A DNA stretch of 64,000 bases from a virus (IMGVR_UViG_2974499565_000001:38703-102702), one strand, 5' to 3'. Positions 36,280-42,580 are shown, counted from the stretch's first letter. The notes: a model not told the origin generated them from the sequence alone. Numbers and translations are program-made.

Positions 36280-36320
36280 TGTAGTTGCTTAAATCCTTAA
36301 AGTTCTGTATAATTATTACA
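36280..36320 (+). promoter_or_regulatory. Phage early-type promoter
   Basis: TTGCTT (36285..36290), 17-bp spacer, TATAAT (36308..36313), then ATAAATTGAACTGGAG. Confidence 0.6.
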
Positions 36321-36341
36321 TAAATTGAACTGGAGAACTAG

Positions 36342-36617
36342 ATGAAAGCACCTAAACCGAAATTAGTTAAATTCGACTGCTGTGACACTGAAATCTTGTT
36401 CACTAAGTTTGGTGAATTTAAGATGTGCGAATGCGGAACTTGTGGTTATGATCATGGTGATGGTTATTACTGCCGAACTCTTGGGCCTTCTGAATTAATT
36501 CACTTCTCTTGGCCGGAAGATGAACCAAAGTTATATGTTTGCAACGAATGTGGTGAACATGATGAATGTCATTGGGAATGCCCTACTTGTGGCTCCGATG
36601 ATATGCGAGAAGAATAA
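36342..36617 (+). CDS. Cys-rich (zinc-ribbon) hypothetical protein
   Basis: 91-aa ORF with multiple CxxC pairs. Confidence 0.4.
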   Translation: MKAPKPKLVKFDCCDTEILFTKFGEFKMCECGTCGYDHGDGYYCRTLGPSELIHFSWPEDEPKLYVCNECGEHDECHWECPTCGSDDMREE

Positions 36618-36618
36618 T

Positions 36619-36693
36619 GCATCCTTGTCCGAGTGGTTTAGGTGACGGTCTGCAAAATCGTCTAGGTTGGTTCAATTCCAACAGGGTGCTCCA
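36619..36693 (+). tRNA. tRNA-Cys (anticodon GCA)
   Basis: Acceptor GCATCCT/AGGGTGC with one G-U pair. Anticodon stem ACGGT/ATCGT, loop CTGCAAA. T-arm GTTGG-TTCAATT-CCAAC. CCA encoded. Confidence 0.55.
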
Positions 36694-36699
36694 AATTAC

Positions 36700-36777
36700 G
36701 GTTCCTTAGCTCTAATGGGTTAGAGCGGCATCTTGTTAAGTTGAGGGTTGCTGGTTCGAATCCAGCAGGAACCGCCA
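36700..36777 (+). tRNA. tRNA-Asn (anticodon GTT)
   Basis: Acceptor GGTTCCT/AGGAACC perfect. D-stem GCTC/GAGC. Anticodon loop TTGTTAA, though only 3 of 5 stem positions pair. T-arm GCTGG-TTCGAAT-CCAGC. CCA encoded. Confidence 0.55.
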
Positions 36778-36779
36778 AA

Positions 36780-36852
36780 TTCTGTGTAGAGTTAAGTAAA
36801 CCAGCAGCCAACCAGCTGTTATTGCTGGTATCGAATTCAGTCACAGATACCA
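36780..36852 (+). ncRNA. Degenerate tRNA-like element
   Basis: Acceptor-like ends TCTGTG/CACAGA with a terminal ACCA. An internal perfect hairpin CCAGC-TGTTATT-GCTGG is present, but the T-loop is not canonical. Confidence 0.2.
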
Positions 36853-36879
36853 TTTTCATTAACAACTGAGGAATTAGAT

Positions 36880-37065
36880 ATGACAACTCATGCACTTGCT
36901 CGACTAGAAGCTGATCGTGATAATATTAGGAATAACATTAAAGTTCGTGAAACTTGGGTAGCACAACAGAAAATTGATCTGTTGGAAGCGCTTCATGATC
37001 TTAACAATCGTCGTGAATCTTTAAAAGAGGTTGAGGAAGCTATCGAAAAACTTCGGGCTGAATAA
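36880..37065 (+). CDS. Hypothetical coiled-coil protein
   Basis: 61-aa ORF. Confidence 0.35.
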   Translation: MTTHALARLEADRDNIRNNIKVRETWVAQQKIDLLEALHDLNNRRESLKEVEEAIEKLRAE

Positions 37066-37068
37066 ATT

Positions 37069-37650
37069 ATGCACGGAATATCCTTACCCCTTCCAGGGTT
37101 TGAGGAGTACTTAGTAAGTTTGGATGGATTAGTGTTTAGCACCAAATCAAACAAAATACTAACCCCAATAACCAGTAATTATGGATACTTATCTATACGT
37201 CTCCATAAAAATGGTCAACAGAGAAATACCGGTGTACATAGGATTTTAGCATGTGCATTTAAGAAATTACCAAGTCTAGACTCTGAACTAGAAGTTGACC
37301 ATATTAACACAGACATTACTTATTGGGGTCTTAATAACTTACAAGTCCTCCCTAAAGAGCAGCACCTAGAAAAGACTTTAAAAGATAAAGGATTTAGTAA
37401 ACTAAACCATGATAATTGTTGTAAGGATTGTGGTAAAGCTATCTCTTTAAAAGCTGAAAAATGTCAGGAGTGCTCTTCGCATAAACCAAAAGATATTTCC
37501 ATAACTAAAGAAATAATCGAGGTTACAGTAAGAGAGCTAGGCTGGTCAGGTGCAGGGAGAAAGTTAAGTTATTCAGATAATGGGTTGCGTAAAAGATACA
37601 CTTCTTTAGGAGGCAATCCTAAAGAACTTAAAAAGTTAAAGGTACTATAG
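37069..37650 (+). CDS. HNH-family homing-endonuclease paralog
   Basis: C-terminus 'KLSYSDNGLRKRYTSLGGNPKELKK' is homologous to the 33353 product. The CDS ends inside the first 10 nt of tRNA-Asp. Confidence 0.5.
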   Translation: MHGISLPLPGFEEYLVSLDGLVFSTKSNKILTPITSNYGYLSIRLHKNGQQRNTGVHRILACAFKKLPSLDSELEVDHINTDITYWGLNNLQVLPKEQHLEKTLKDKGFSKLNHDNCCKDCGKAISLKAEKCQECSSHKPKDISITKEIIEVTVRELGWSGAGRKLSYSDNGLRKRYTSLGGNPKELKKLKVL

Positions 37651-37715
37651 TCTAACGGTTAGGATACTCCCCTGTCACGGGAGAGGTAGGGTTTCGATTA
37701 CCCTTAGTACCGCCA
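37641..37715 (+). tRNA. tRNA-Asp (anticodon GTC)
   Basis: Acceptor GGTACTA/TAGTACC perfect. Anticodon stem CTCCC/GGGAG, loop CTGTCAC. T-arm AGGGT-TTCGATT-ACCCT. CCA encoded. Confidence 0.65.
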
Positions 37716-37721
37716 AATAAT

Positions 37722-37798
37722 GCATCTGTAGCTTAGTTGACCAAAGCAACCGACTCTTAATCGGAAGATCCTGAGTTTGAATCTCAGCAGATGTACCA
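37722..37798 (+). tRNA. tRNA-Lys (anticodon CTT)
   Basis: Acceptor GCATCTG/CAGATGT. D-stem GCTT/AAGC. Anticodon loop CTCTTAA. T-arm CTGAG-TTTGAAT-CTCAG. CCA encoded. Confidence 0.6.
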
Positions 37799-37802
37799 AA
37801 TT

Positions 37803-37935
37803 ATCATTCTAGCGCGGTTGAAGGGGAAACCGGCTTGCCGAGGGTAGAAGCTCGTTCGATTCGAGTGAAAGAATGGTTCTCGTAAATCCGCACAAGTGAT
37901 AGTAGGTTCAAGCCCTACCTAGATTGACTTATTAT
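37803..37935 (+). ncRNA. Two adjacent degenerate tRNA-like elements (pseudo-tRNA-Ser-like, then a T-arm remnant)
   Basis: 37803..37876 has a Ser-like D region GCGGTTGAAGG and T-arm GCTCG-TTCGATT-CGAGT, but 4 extra nt before the 3' acceptor and no CCA. 37877..37935 has a perfect T-arm GTAGG-TTCAAGC-CCTAC without an acceptor partner or CCA. Confidence 0.25.
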
Positions 37936-38009
37936 GCGTTCGTAGTTAAAAGGTATAATTTTTGGTTGCCAACCAGAAGTTGAGGGTTCGATTCCCTCCG
38001 ACCGCACCA
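37936..38009 (+). tRNA. tRNA-Gly (anticodon GCC)
   Basis: Acceptor GCGTTCG/CGACCGC with one mismatch. D-stem GTTA/TAAT. Anticodon stem TTTGG/CCAGA, loop TTGCCAA. T-arm GAGGG-TTCGATT-CCCTC. CCA encoded. Confidence 0.55.
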
Positions 38010-38015
38010 AATTAT

Positions 38016-38116
38016 GTGGAGAAGCCCGACGTGGATCGGAAGGTGGGTAACTCCGGAGCTTGTACACCACCCGTCATTGTGAACATAGCAGGTTCGACTC
38101 CTGTCTCTCCACACCA
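38016..38116 (+). tRNA. Oversized (101-nt) tRNA-like gene, possibly a stable tRNA-like RNA
   Basis: Perfect 7-bp acceptor GTGGAGA/TCTCCAC (8 bp if the preceding T and following A are included) and an encoded CCA. T-arm GCAGG-TTCGACT-CCTGT plus one unpaired C. No canonical anticodon arm could be placed in the ~60-nt interior. Confidence 0.3.
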
Positions 38117-38447
38117 AATTCCTTAGATTGTGGTGAAATTCCACAGCTATGAGAAGAAACAAGGCGATGATTTCCGGCCGTTTGATTCGCTAAAGCCCTC
38201 CGGTTAAAACGTACCTACGGGTAGACCGATAGCATTGGGGCAGACAGCTAGAGATAGATTGCCTATAACGGCTCTAGTGGTGGCATCGTCTTAGGGTGGC
38301 AATTTCCCGAAAGATCTAAAGTTTACTTATTAAGTAAGTCCGACACATCGGCGGGTGTGTTCTAGTATTTAAAGAAAGTCTCGCAAACTTTCTCGCTAGC
38401 ATGAGTTGATAGCTCGGTGACTTACCTAATAAGTAAATTTATTAAAA
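38117..38447 (+). ncRNA. Candidate ncRNA region (330 nt, ORF-free)
   Basis: No ORF on either strand. Contains local hairpins such as CTTACTTATTAAGTAAG. Lies between the tRNA block and the next promoter. Confidence 0.2.
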
Positions 38448-38490
38448 ATGTAGTTGCTATTTAGCTCAATTCACTGTATAATATATTTTA
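38448..38490 (+). promoter_or_regulatory. Phage early-type promoter driving tRNA-Pro
   Basis: TTGCTA (38454..38459), 17-bp spacer, TATAAT (38477..38482). Confidence 0.6.
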
Positions 38491-38514
38491 TAAAGTGAGT
38501 TAACAAAGAATATT

Positions 38515-38592
38515 CTCCGTGTAGCTCAGTTTGGCCAGAGCGTTTCGTTTGGGGCGATAGGGTCGGGGGTTCAAATCCTCCCACGGAGACCA
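38515..38592 (+). tRNA. tRNA-Pro (anticodon TGG)
   Basis: Acceptor CTCCGTG/CACGGAG perfect. D-stem GCTC/GAGC. Anticodon loop TTTGGGG. T-arm GGGGG-TTCAAAT-CCTCC. CCA encoded. Confidence 0.65.
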
Positions 38593-38598
38593 AACAAT

Positions 38599-38676
38599 CG
38601 CGGGTTAGATCTCTGGTAGAGATCGCTAGTCTCATAAGCTAGAAAGAGGTAGGTTCGATTCCTACACCCGCTTCCA
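38599..38676 (+). tRNA. tRNA with CAT anticodon (Met or Ile-lysidine), second copy
   Basis: Acceptor CGCGGGT/ACCCGCT with a C1-T72 mismatch. D-stem GATC/GATC. Anticodon stem CTAGT/GCTAG, loop CTCATAA. T-arm GTAGG-TTCGATT-CCTAC. CCA encoded. Confidence 0.6.
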
Positions 38677-38695
38677 GTTTAATAGAGGATACGAA

Positions 38696-38860
38696 ATGAA
38701 ACTATTTCGATTAGTAGTAAGTGATCGACGTTCTAGCAAAGATCGTTCAAAGTATACTTTAGCTCATTACGGTAAAGATGAAAATGAAGTAATGGCTGAA
38801 TTTGGTATTAATCATCGCTACTTAGAAGTTTACTCTATTAAAGAAGTTTATCCATATTAA
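38696..38860 (+). CDS. Small hypothetical protein (54 aa)
   Basis: ATG with RBS GAGGA. MKLFRLVVSDRRSSKDRSKYTLAHYGKDENEV... Below the ORF-track cutoff. Confidence 0.35.
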   Translation: MKLFRLVVSDRRSSKDRSKYTLAHYGKDENEVMAEFGINHRYLEVYSIKEVYPY

Positions 38861-38862
38861 AT

Positions 38863-38941
38863 AGATCGCTAGCTCAATTGGTTTAGCAGCATCCGACTTT
38901 TAATCGGAAGGTTCTGGGTTCAAGTCCCAGGCGGCCTACCA
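38863..38941 (+). tRNA. tRNA-Lys (anticodon TTT)
   Basis: Acceptor AGATCGC/GCGGCCT with one mismatch and one G-U. Anticodon stem TCCGA/TCGGA perfect, loop CTTTTAA. T-arm CTGGG-TTCAAGT-CCCAG. CCA encoded. Confidence 0.6.
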
Positions 38942-38958
38942 ACTTAAAGGAAAATTAG

Positions 38959-39102
38959 ATGATAATCTGGTTTTACTTAATGAAACAAAAAGTCAAGCAG
39001 TATAACGTATTTTCTGCTGACTTTACTATTGGAATGTTCTTAGCAGGATTATGTGAGTTCCTGTTTGAAGCATTCTTAATCGGAAGTCTTTTGCTCGGTT
39101 AG
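38959..39102 (+). CDS. Small hydrophobic protein (47 aa)
   Basis: MIIWFYLMKQKVKQYNVFSADFTIGMFLAGLCEFLFEAFLIGSLLLG. Its 3' end overlaps the tRNA-Val 5' end. Confidence 0.25.
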   Translation: MIIWFYLMKQKVKQYNVFSADFTIGMFLAGLCEFLFEAFLIGSLLLG

Positions 39103-39166
39103 TTTAATGGGAGAACCCCGTCTTTACACGGCGGTTGCGATAGTTCGATTCTATCACCGAGTACCA
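39093..39166 (+). tRNA. tRNA-Val (anticodon TAC)
   Basis: Acceptor GCTCGGT/ACCGAGT with a G1-T72 pair. Anticodon stem CCGTC/GGCGG, loop TTTACAC. T-arm GATAG-TTCGATT-CTATC. CCA encoded. Confidence 0.6.
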
Positions 39167-39188
39167 CCTTAATTAACAAGGAATTACA

Positions 39189-39548
39189 ATGAAACTTTCC
39201 ATTAACGTTCAAGCGTTCTTTAGCCATGTAACTATGCAATATGCCCTCATGAAGGGTTGGGACATGGAACAGGATCTGGCAGAGTTCTATAAAGATGTTG
39301 ACCTAGAACAGCCTTATGCTTCTTTGAACACTGGGCAAACTATCACAGAAGGTGATATATTTGAGGCAAGTCGTGGTGTTGTAACGCCTAGTTTTGCCGA
39401 GTTCTGGAATGGTATTACTTTGAAAGAAGATGCTCCAGATGACGGAGTTTTCATGCAGAGTATGCACTCGGGAAGTTCTGATATGCTGTTCGTTAAAGAT
39501 GTTAGGCATATCCAAGAAATTGCAAAAACTCAATTGCAAAGTGCTTAA
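39189..39548 (+). CDS. Hypothetical protein
   Basis: 119-aa ORF. Confidence 0.45.
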   Translation: MKLSINVQAFFSHVTMQYALMKGWDMEQDLAEFYKDVDLEQPYASLNTGQTITEGDIFEASRGVVTPSFAEFWNGITLKEDAPDDGVFMQSMHSGSSDMLFVKDVRHIQEIAKTQLQSA

Positions 39549-39570
39549 TTTCTTGTTATAATATTTATAT
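39530..39570 (+). promoter_or_regulatory. Phage early-type promoter embedded in a gene 3' end
   Basis: TTGCAA (39534..39539), 17-bp spacer, TATAAT (39557..39562), then ATAAATTGATGGGGAG. Confidence 0.5.
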
Positions 39571-39824
39571 AAATTGATGGGGAGAAATCCTCATCAAAGT
39601 TCACTAAGGTATTGGCTCGACCTAGGACTGGCTGCCAGAAAGCACACTTGCAACTATACCTCTAATGGCGGGGGATAATTTGCAAGAAGTTCTAGATTAG
39701 TCCACTAGATTCAGCGGCAACTGAATAGTGTATCGGGTTTGTGAAGAGCGGTTATCCTCTACTGGCTAATGTCTGAGGGTAATACGCACACCGAGCTAAT
39801 AGCCTTAGTAAACTTAAAGATTTT
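39571..39824 (+). ncRNA. Promoter-proximal ORF-free leader (~250 nt) co-transcribed with tRNA-Ala; candidate small RNA
   Basis: No ORF. Lies between the promoter and tRNA-Ala. Confidence 0.2.
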
Positions 39825-39903
39825 GGGGAATGGGTCTGCTTGGAGTGGACACCTCGCTTGCACCGAGGACATCAGGAGAGTTCGAATCTCTCATTCTCCA
39901 CCA
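39825..39903 (+). tRNA. tRNA-Ala (anticodon TGC)
   Basis: Acceptor GGGGAAT/ATTCTCC with a G3-T70 pair. Anticodon stem CCTCG/CGAGG perfect, loop CTTGCAC. T-arm GAGAG-TTCGAAT-CTCTC. CCA encoded. Confidence 0.6.
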
Positions 39904-39915
39904 AATTGAGGAAGC

Positions 39916-40377
39916 ATGGCTAGAACAGATATATTGGAAAGAAAGGAAGAGATTTTAGCTTGGATAGCTGAAAATCAGCCTAAAGCAGAAATTGCTAGAA
40001 GATTACGTTGCAAAGTAGATACACTTAATACTTACCTAAAGAAAATGGGTATAGAGTATACAGGAAACTCTGCTAGAAAAGGATTTATTCGTCCTGAAAT
40101 TCAGGATGGTTATACCCCCGCAAGTAATTACTTCTATAAAAATAGCCCAATATCCTCTAGTAAGCTCAGAGTAAAGATATTACGTGAAGGCTTAAAGCCC
40201 CACAAATGTGAAAGTTGTAGTTTATCTGAATGGATGGGTGTTCCAATACCCTTAGAGTTAGAGCATAAAGATGGGGATCATTATAATAATGAGTGGGATA
40301 ATTTAGCCCTATTATGCCCCAACTGCCATGCTCTAACACCAACACATTCAGGTAAGAACAAAGGAACATATGCGTGA
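39916..40377 (+). CDS. HNH homing endonuclease, truncated paralog of the 33353 gene
   Basis: N-terminal two-thirds collinear with the 33353 product, 'MARTDILERKEEI...LELEHKDGDHYNNEWDNLALLCPNCHALTPTHSGKN'. It terminates (TGA) inside the first 6 nt of the downstream tRNA. Confidence 0.55.
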   Translation: MARTDILERKEEILAWIAENQPKAEIARRLRCKVDTLNTYLKKMGIEYTGNSARKGFIRPEIQDGYTPASNYFYKNSPISSSKLRVKILREGLKPHKCESCSLSEWMGVPIPLELEHKDGDHYNNEWDNLALLCPNCHALTPTHSGKNKGTYA

Positions 40378-40448
40378 TTGACGGAATTGGCATACGTATC
40401 AGCCTTAGAAGTTGAGTTTTGTGGGTTCGACTCCCACATCACGCACCA
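40372..40448 (+). tRNA. Class-I tRNA with TAG anticodon, which would decode CUA/CUG (Leu codons)
   Basis: Acceptor GCGTGAT/ATCACGC perfect, A73. Anticodon stem TCAGC/GTTGA, loop CTTAGAA with U33 and A37. 5-nt variable loop. T-arm GTGGG-TTCGACT-CCCAC. CCA encoded. Confidence 0.5.
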
Positions 40449-40466
40449 TTTTTGTAGTAAAACAAC

Positions 40467-40558
40467 GGAAGAGCAAATCGATAGGTGACGAAAACCGCTT
40501 GGAAAGTGGCTGACTTGTTAAAGCAGGCTTGAGAGTTCGAATCTCTCTTCTTCCGCCA
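40467..40558 (+). tRNA. tRNA-Ser (anticodon GGA), class II
   Basis: Acceptor GGAAGAG/TTCTTCC. Anticodon stem CCGC/GTGG, loop TTGGAAA. Long variable arm. T-arm GAGAG-TTCGAAT-CTCTC. CCA encoded. 92 nt. Confidence 0.55.
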
Positions 40559-40565
40559 AACAATT

Positions 40566-40655
40566 GGAAGTACGGGCGTAGTGGTATGCAACTGGTCTTG
40601 AAAACCAGCCCGCTGTAGTGATATGGTGATGGTTCGACTCCATGTGCTTCCGCCA
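40566..40655 (+). tRNA. tRNA-Ser (anticodon TGA), class II
   Basis: Acceptor GGAAGTA/TGCTTCC. Anticodon stem CTGGT/ACCAG perfect, loop CTTGAAA. Long variable arm. T-loop TTCGACT. CCA encoded. Confidence 0.6.
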
Positions 40656-40673
40656 ACTAATAAGGAAAACCTT

Positions 40674-40877
40674 ATGAAACATATTGTTAAGTATACCGAA
40701 AGTGAACGTGGCTGGGGTGGTGAAATCTGGTATCGCGGGTTTGATTCTGAAGAAGAGGCTAGAGCTGCGGTTCATGATACTAACAAGAATCTGCCAAAAG
40801 ATCATGTACCAGACTACTACATTCAAGCTAAGTATGACGGTGTTAAAGATAAGGTTCCTGAAGGCTATAAGTTTTAA
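40674..40877 (+). CDS. Hypothetical protein
   Basis: Start chosen at MKHIVKY with RBS AAGGAAAA. The ORF-track start at 40623 would overlap the tRNA. Confidence 0.4.
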   Translation: MKHIVKYTESERGWGGEIWYRGFDSEEEARAAVHDTNKNLPKDHVPDYYIQAKYDGVKDKVPEGYKF

Positions 40878-40885
40878 ATAATTCT

Positions 40886-41017
40886 TGAAGTATGCCGGAA
40901 TCGGTAGACGGGGCTTCCTAAAGGGCGTAAGGGGAACATCCACTCCTCATAAGATACCCGAAAACGAGGCCGAGATAAATGGTCTATCTCGTGAAGGTTC
41001 AAGTCCTTCTGCTTCTT
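40886..41017 (+). ncRNA. 132-nt tRNA-Ser-like RNA with a large internal insertion and no encoded CCA
   Basis: Acceptor TGAAGTA/TGCTTCT with 6 pairs. Ser-like D-arm GCC...GGC. Variable-arm hairpin GAGATA-AATGGTC-TATCTC. T-arm GAAGG-TTCAAGT-CCTTC. ~57 nt sits where a ~20-nt anticodon arm is expected. Confidence 0.35.
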
Positions 41018-41160
41018 GATATTCAATGGCTCAAAGAGTAACGGTGCACCTTTCTAGAGAATTTTCTGGGCGAGAATCCAGAAGTAATCAACTAGTCGTT
41101 AGTGTGATGAGTTTCGGAGAGCCGCCACAATTAAAGTCTTTAGCAATAGATACTTTAATT

Positions 41161-41237
41161 GTGGCTATATCATAATTGGTTAATGATCCTGATTGTGAAT
41201 CAGGCCTATGTGGATTCGAATTCCACTAGCCACCCCA
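41161..41237 (+). tRNA. tRNA-His (anticodon GTG)
   Basis: Acceptor GTGGCTA/TAGCCAC perfect. Anticodon stem CCTGA/TCAGG, loop TTGTGAA. T-arm GTGGA-TTCGAAT-TCCAC. CCA encoded. Confidence 0.65.
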
Positions 41238-41243
41238 AATATT

Positions 41244-41318
41244 GCGTCCTTATTTCAACGGATAGAATGTAAAGCTACGAACTTTACGATCGGGGTTCGA
41301 TTCCCTGAGGATGCACCA
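41244..41318 (+). tRNA. tRNA-Arg (anticodon ACG)
   Basis: Acceptor GCGTCCT/AGGATGC with one G-U. Anticodon stem TAAAG/CTTTA, loop CTACGAA. T-arm CGGGG-TTCGATT-CCCTG. CCA encoded. Confidence 0.6.
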
Positions 41319-41341
41319 ATTAACTTAACAAGGATAACAAC

Positions 41342-41569
41342 ATGAAATACTTAGTATTGATTGCTGCTCTGGCTTTAACTGGCTGTACTATCGGCCCATC
41401 ACTAGATTGTGCTGTAACTGTCAAAGATGGTTACGGAAGCACTAAGACTTTACCTGTTACTGCTAAACGTGGTCACGGTACTCTGGTTGACTATAAAGTT
41501 AACGGTGCTTATACTGGTGGTTGGATTTCTGAACGCACTATTGTTTCCACAACTTGTCCTAAGGATTAA
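41342..41569 (+). CDS. Small lipoprotein (75 aa) with a lipobox
   Basis: 'MKYLVLIAALALTGC' is a signal II peptide with lipobox LTGC. Short mature domain with a second Cys pair. Confidence 0.5.
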   Translation: MKYLVLIAALALTGCTIGPSLDCAVTVKDGYGSTKTLPVTAKRGHGTLVDYKVNGAYTGGWISERTIVSTTCPKD

Positions 41570-41571
41570 TA

Positions 41572-41766
41572 ATGGCTGATTTCTGCAAACAATGCTCCAT
41601 TGATATGTGGGGCAGAGATACTGGTGATCTTTCTGGGCTGATTACAGAAGCCGAAGTCAAAGAAGGTTATGGTGCAGTTGTGGTTTGTGAAGGATGCGGA
41701 GTCATTCGAGTAGATCATGAGGGTAAGCGCCTTGAAGAACCTGAGCCAGTTACCCTATTTCCCTAA
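41572..41766 (+). CDS. Cys-rich small protein
   Basis: 64-aa ORF, 'CKQCS...CEGCG'. ATG-overlap coupled to the lipoprotein gene. Confidence 0.4.
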   Translation: MADFCKQCSIDMWGRDTGDLSGLITEAEVKEGYGAVVVCEGCGVIRVDHEGKRLEEPEPVTLFP

Positions 41767-41779
41767 AGTAAAGAATTAT

Positions 41780-41855
41780 TGGGATGTAGATCAATTGGCA
41801 GATCGTCGGCCTCTGACTCCGAAGGTTCCACGTTCGATCCGTGGCATCCCAGCCA
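41780..41855 (+). tRNA. tRNA-Gln (anticodon CTG)
   Basis: Acceptor TGGGATG/CATCCCA perfect. D-stem GATC/GATC. Anticodon loop CTCTGAC. T-arm CCACG-TTCGATC-CGTGG. CCA encoded. Confidence 0.6.
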
Positions 41856-41861
41856 AATACT

Positions 41862-41937
41862 TGGAGAGTAGTGTAACGGTTAGCACAACGGCCTTTGACT
41901 CCGTTAATGGTAGGTTCGATTCCTCCTTCTCCAGCCA
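41862..41937 (+). tRNA. tRNA-Gln (anticodon TTG)
   Basis: Acceptor TGGAGAG/TTCTCCA with one G-U. Anticodon stem ACGGC/TCCGT, loop CTTTGAC. T-loop TTCGATT. CCA encoded. Confidence 0.55.
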
Positions 41938-41944
41938 AATTAAT

Positions 41945-42018
41945 GCGTGATTAGTTCAGTGGCTAGAATAACTGGCTTCCAACCAGTAGACACGAGTTCG
42001 ACTCTCGTATCCCGCACC
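41945..42018 (+). tRNA. tRNA-Gly (anticodon TCC)
   Basis: Acceptor GCGTGAT/ATCCCGC with one mismatch. Anticodon stem ACTGG/CCAGT perfect, loop CTTCCAA. T-arm ACGAG-TTCGACT-CTCGT. CCA encoded. Confidence 0.6.
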
Positions 42019-42033
42019 AAATAAGGAAACACT

Positions 42034-42285
42034 ATGCACGTTTTTGAGTTTCGTAATAAAAGTACTGATAAGCGAGTTATCATTATTGGAGAAACATATC
42101 GAGCATATGAACAAACTGATGGCTCTGTTATCTTGAATGATGAGAAAGGAGGTTTTAGCTTTTATCCAGAAGAACCTTATGAAGAGTTTCGAAAACAATT
42201 TAACCTAGACTGGAGAAAGCATTTAAACACTGTTGCTTCATCTGTAGTATTGCCAACTACCAGTACTGTACTCTCTAATGGCTGA
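42034..42285 (+). CDS. Hypothetical protein
   Basis: 83-aa ORF with RBS AAGGAAAC. Confidence 0.4.
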   Translation: MHVFEFRNKSTDKRVIIIGETYRAYEQTDGSVILNDEKGGFSFYPEEPYEEFRKQFNLDWRKHLNTVASSVVLPTTSTVLSNG

Positions 42286-42442
42286 CAACCTAAAAGTAAA
42301 GATTGATAAACAAAAGAAACGTGTAGAAGTAGAGATTGGTGAAGAACGTGTTGCCTTTACTTTTGAATTTCTACAGCAGCTGGCAATGACAGTAATGTCT
42401 GATAAGTCTCCTGTATTTGAAAAAGAAATCCCGTTGAAATGA
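42278..42442 (+). CDS. Small hypothetical protein (54 aa)
   Basis: ATGGCTGA overlap with the upstream stop. MADNLKVKIDKQKKRVEVEIGEERVAF... Confidence 0.3.
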   Translation: MADNLKVKIDKQKKRVEVEIGEERVAFTFEFLQQLAMTVMSDKSPVFEKEIPLK

Positions 42443-42452
42443 CGGGATCATA

Positions 42453-42527
42453 GCTCCTAAAGCATTGCTGGCGATGCAGTTGCCTTGTAAGCATCTGAAC
42501 CGGGTTCGATTCCTGGTGGGAGCACCA
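42453..42527 (+). tRNA. tRNA-Thr (anticodon TGT)
   Basis: Acceptor GCTCCTA/TGGGAGC with one G-U. D-stem GCAT/ATGC. Anticodon loop CTTGTAA. T-arm CCGGG-TTCGATT-CCTGG. CCA encoded. Confidence 0.55.
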
Positions 42528-42540
42528 AATTTAAAAATTC

Positions 42541-42580
42541 ATTTGCCTTCTTTCTTATTTCTTGTTATAATATTTATATA
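42541..42580 (+). promoter_or_regulatory. Phage early-type promoter
   Basis: TTGCCT (42543..42548), 17-bp spacer, TATAAT (42566..42571), then ATAAATTAATGAGAGGG. Confidence 0.6.

Noticed and set aside
38059-38076. Stretch resembling 16S rRNA 1390-1407 (CTTGTACAC..CCCGTCA) inside the oversized tRNA-like gene
   Set aside because: A 9-mer plus a 7-mer with two gaps could occur by chance in 64 kb. Noted only as a curiosity.
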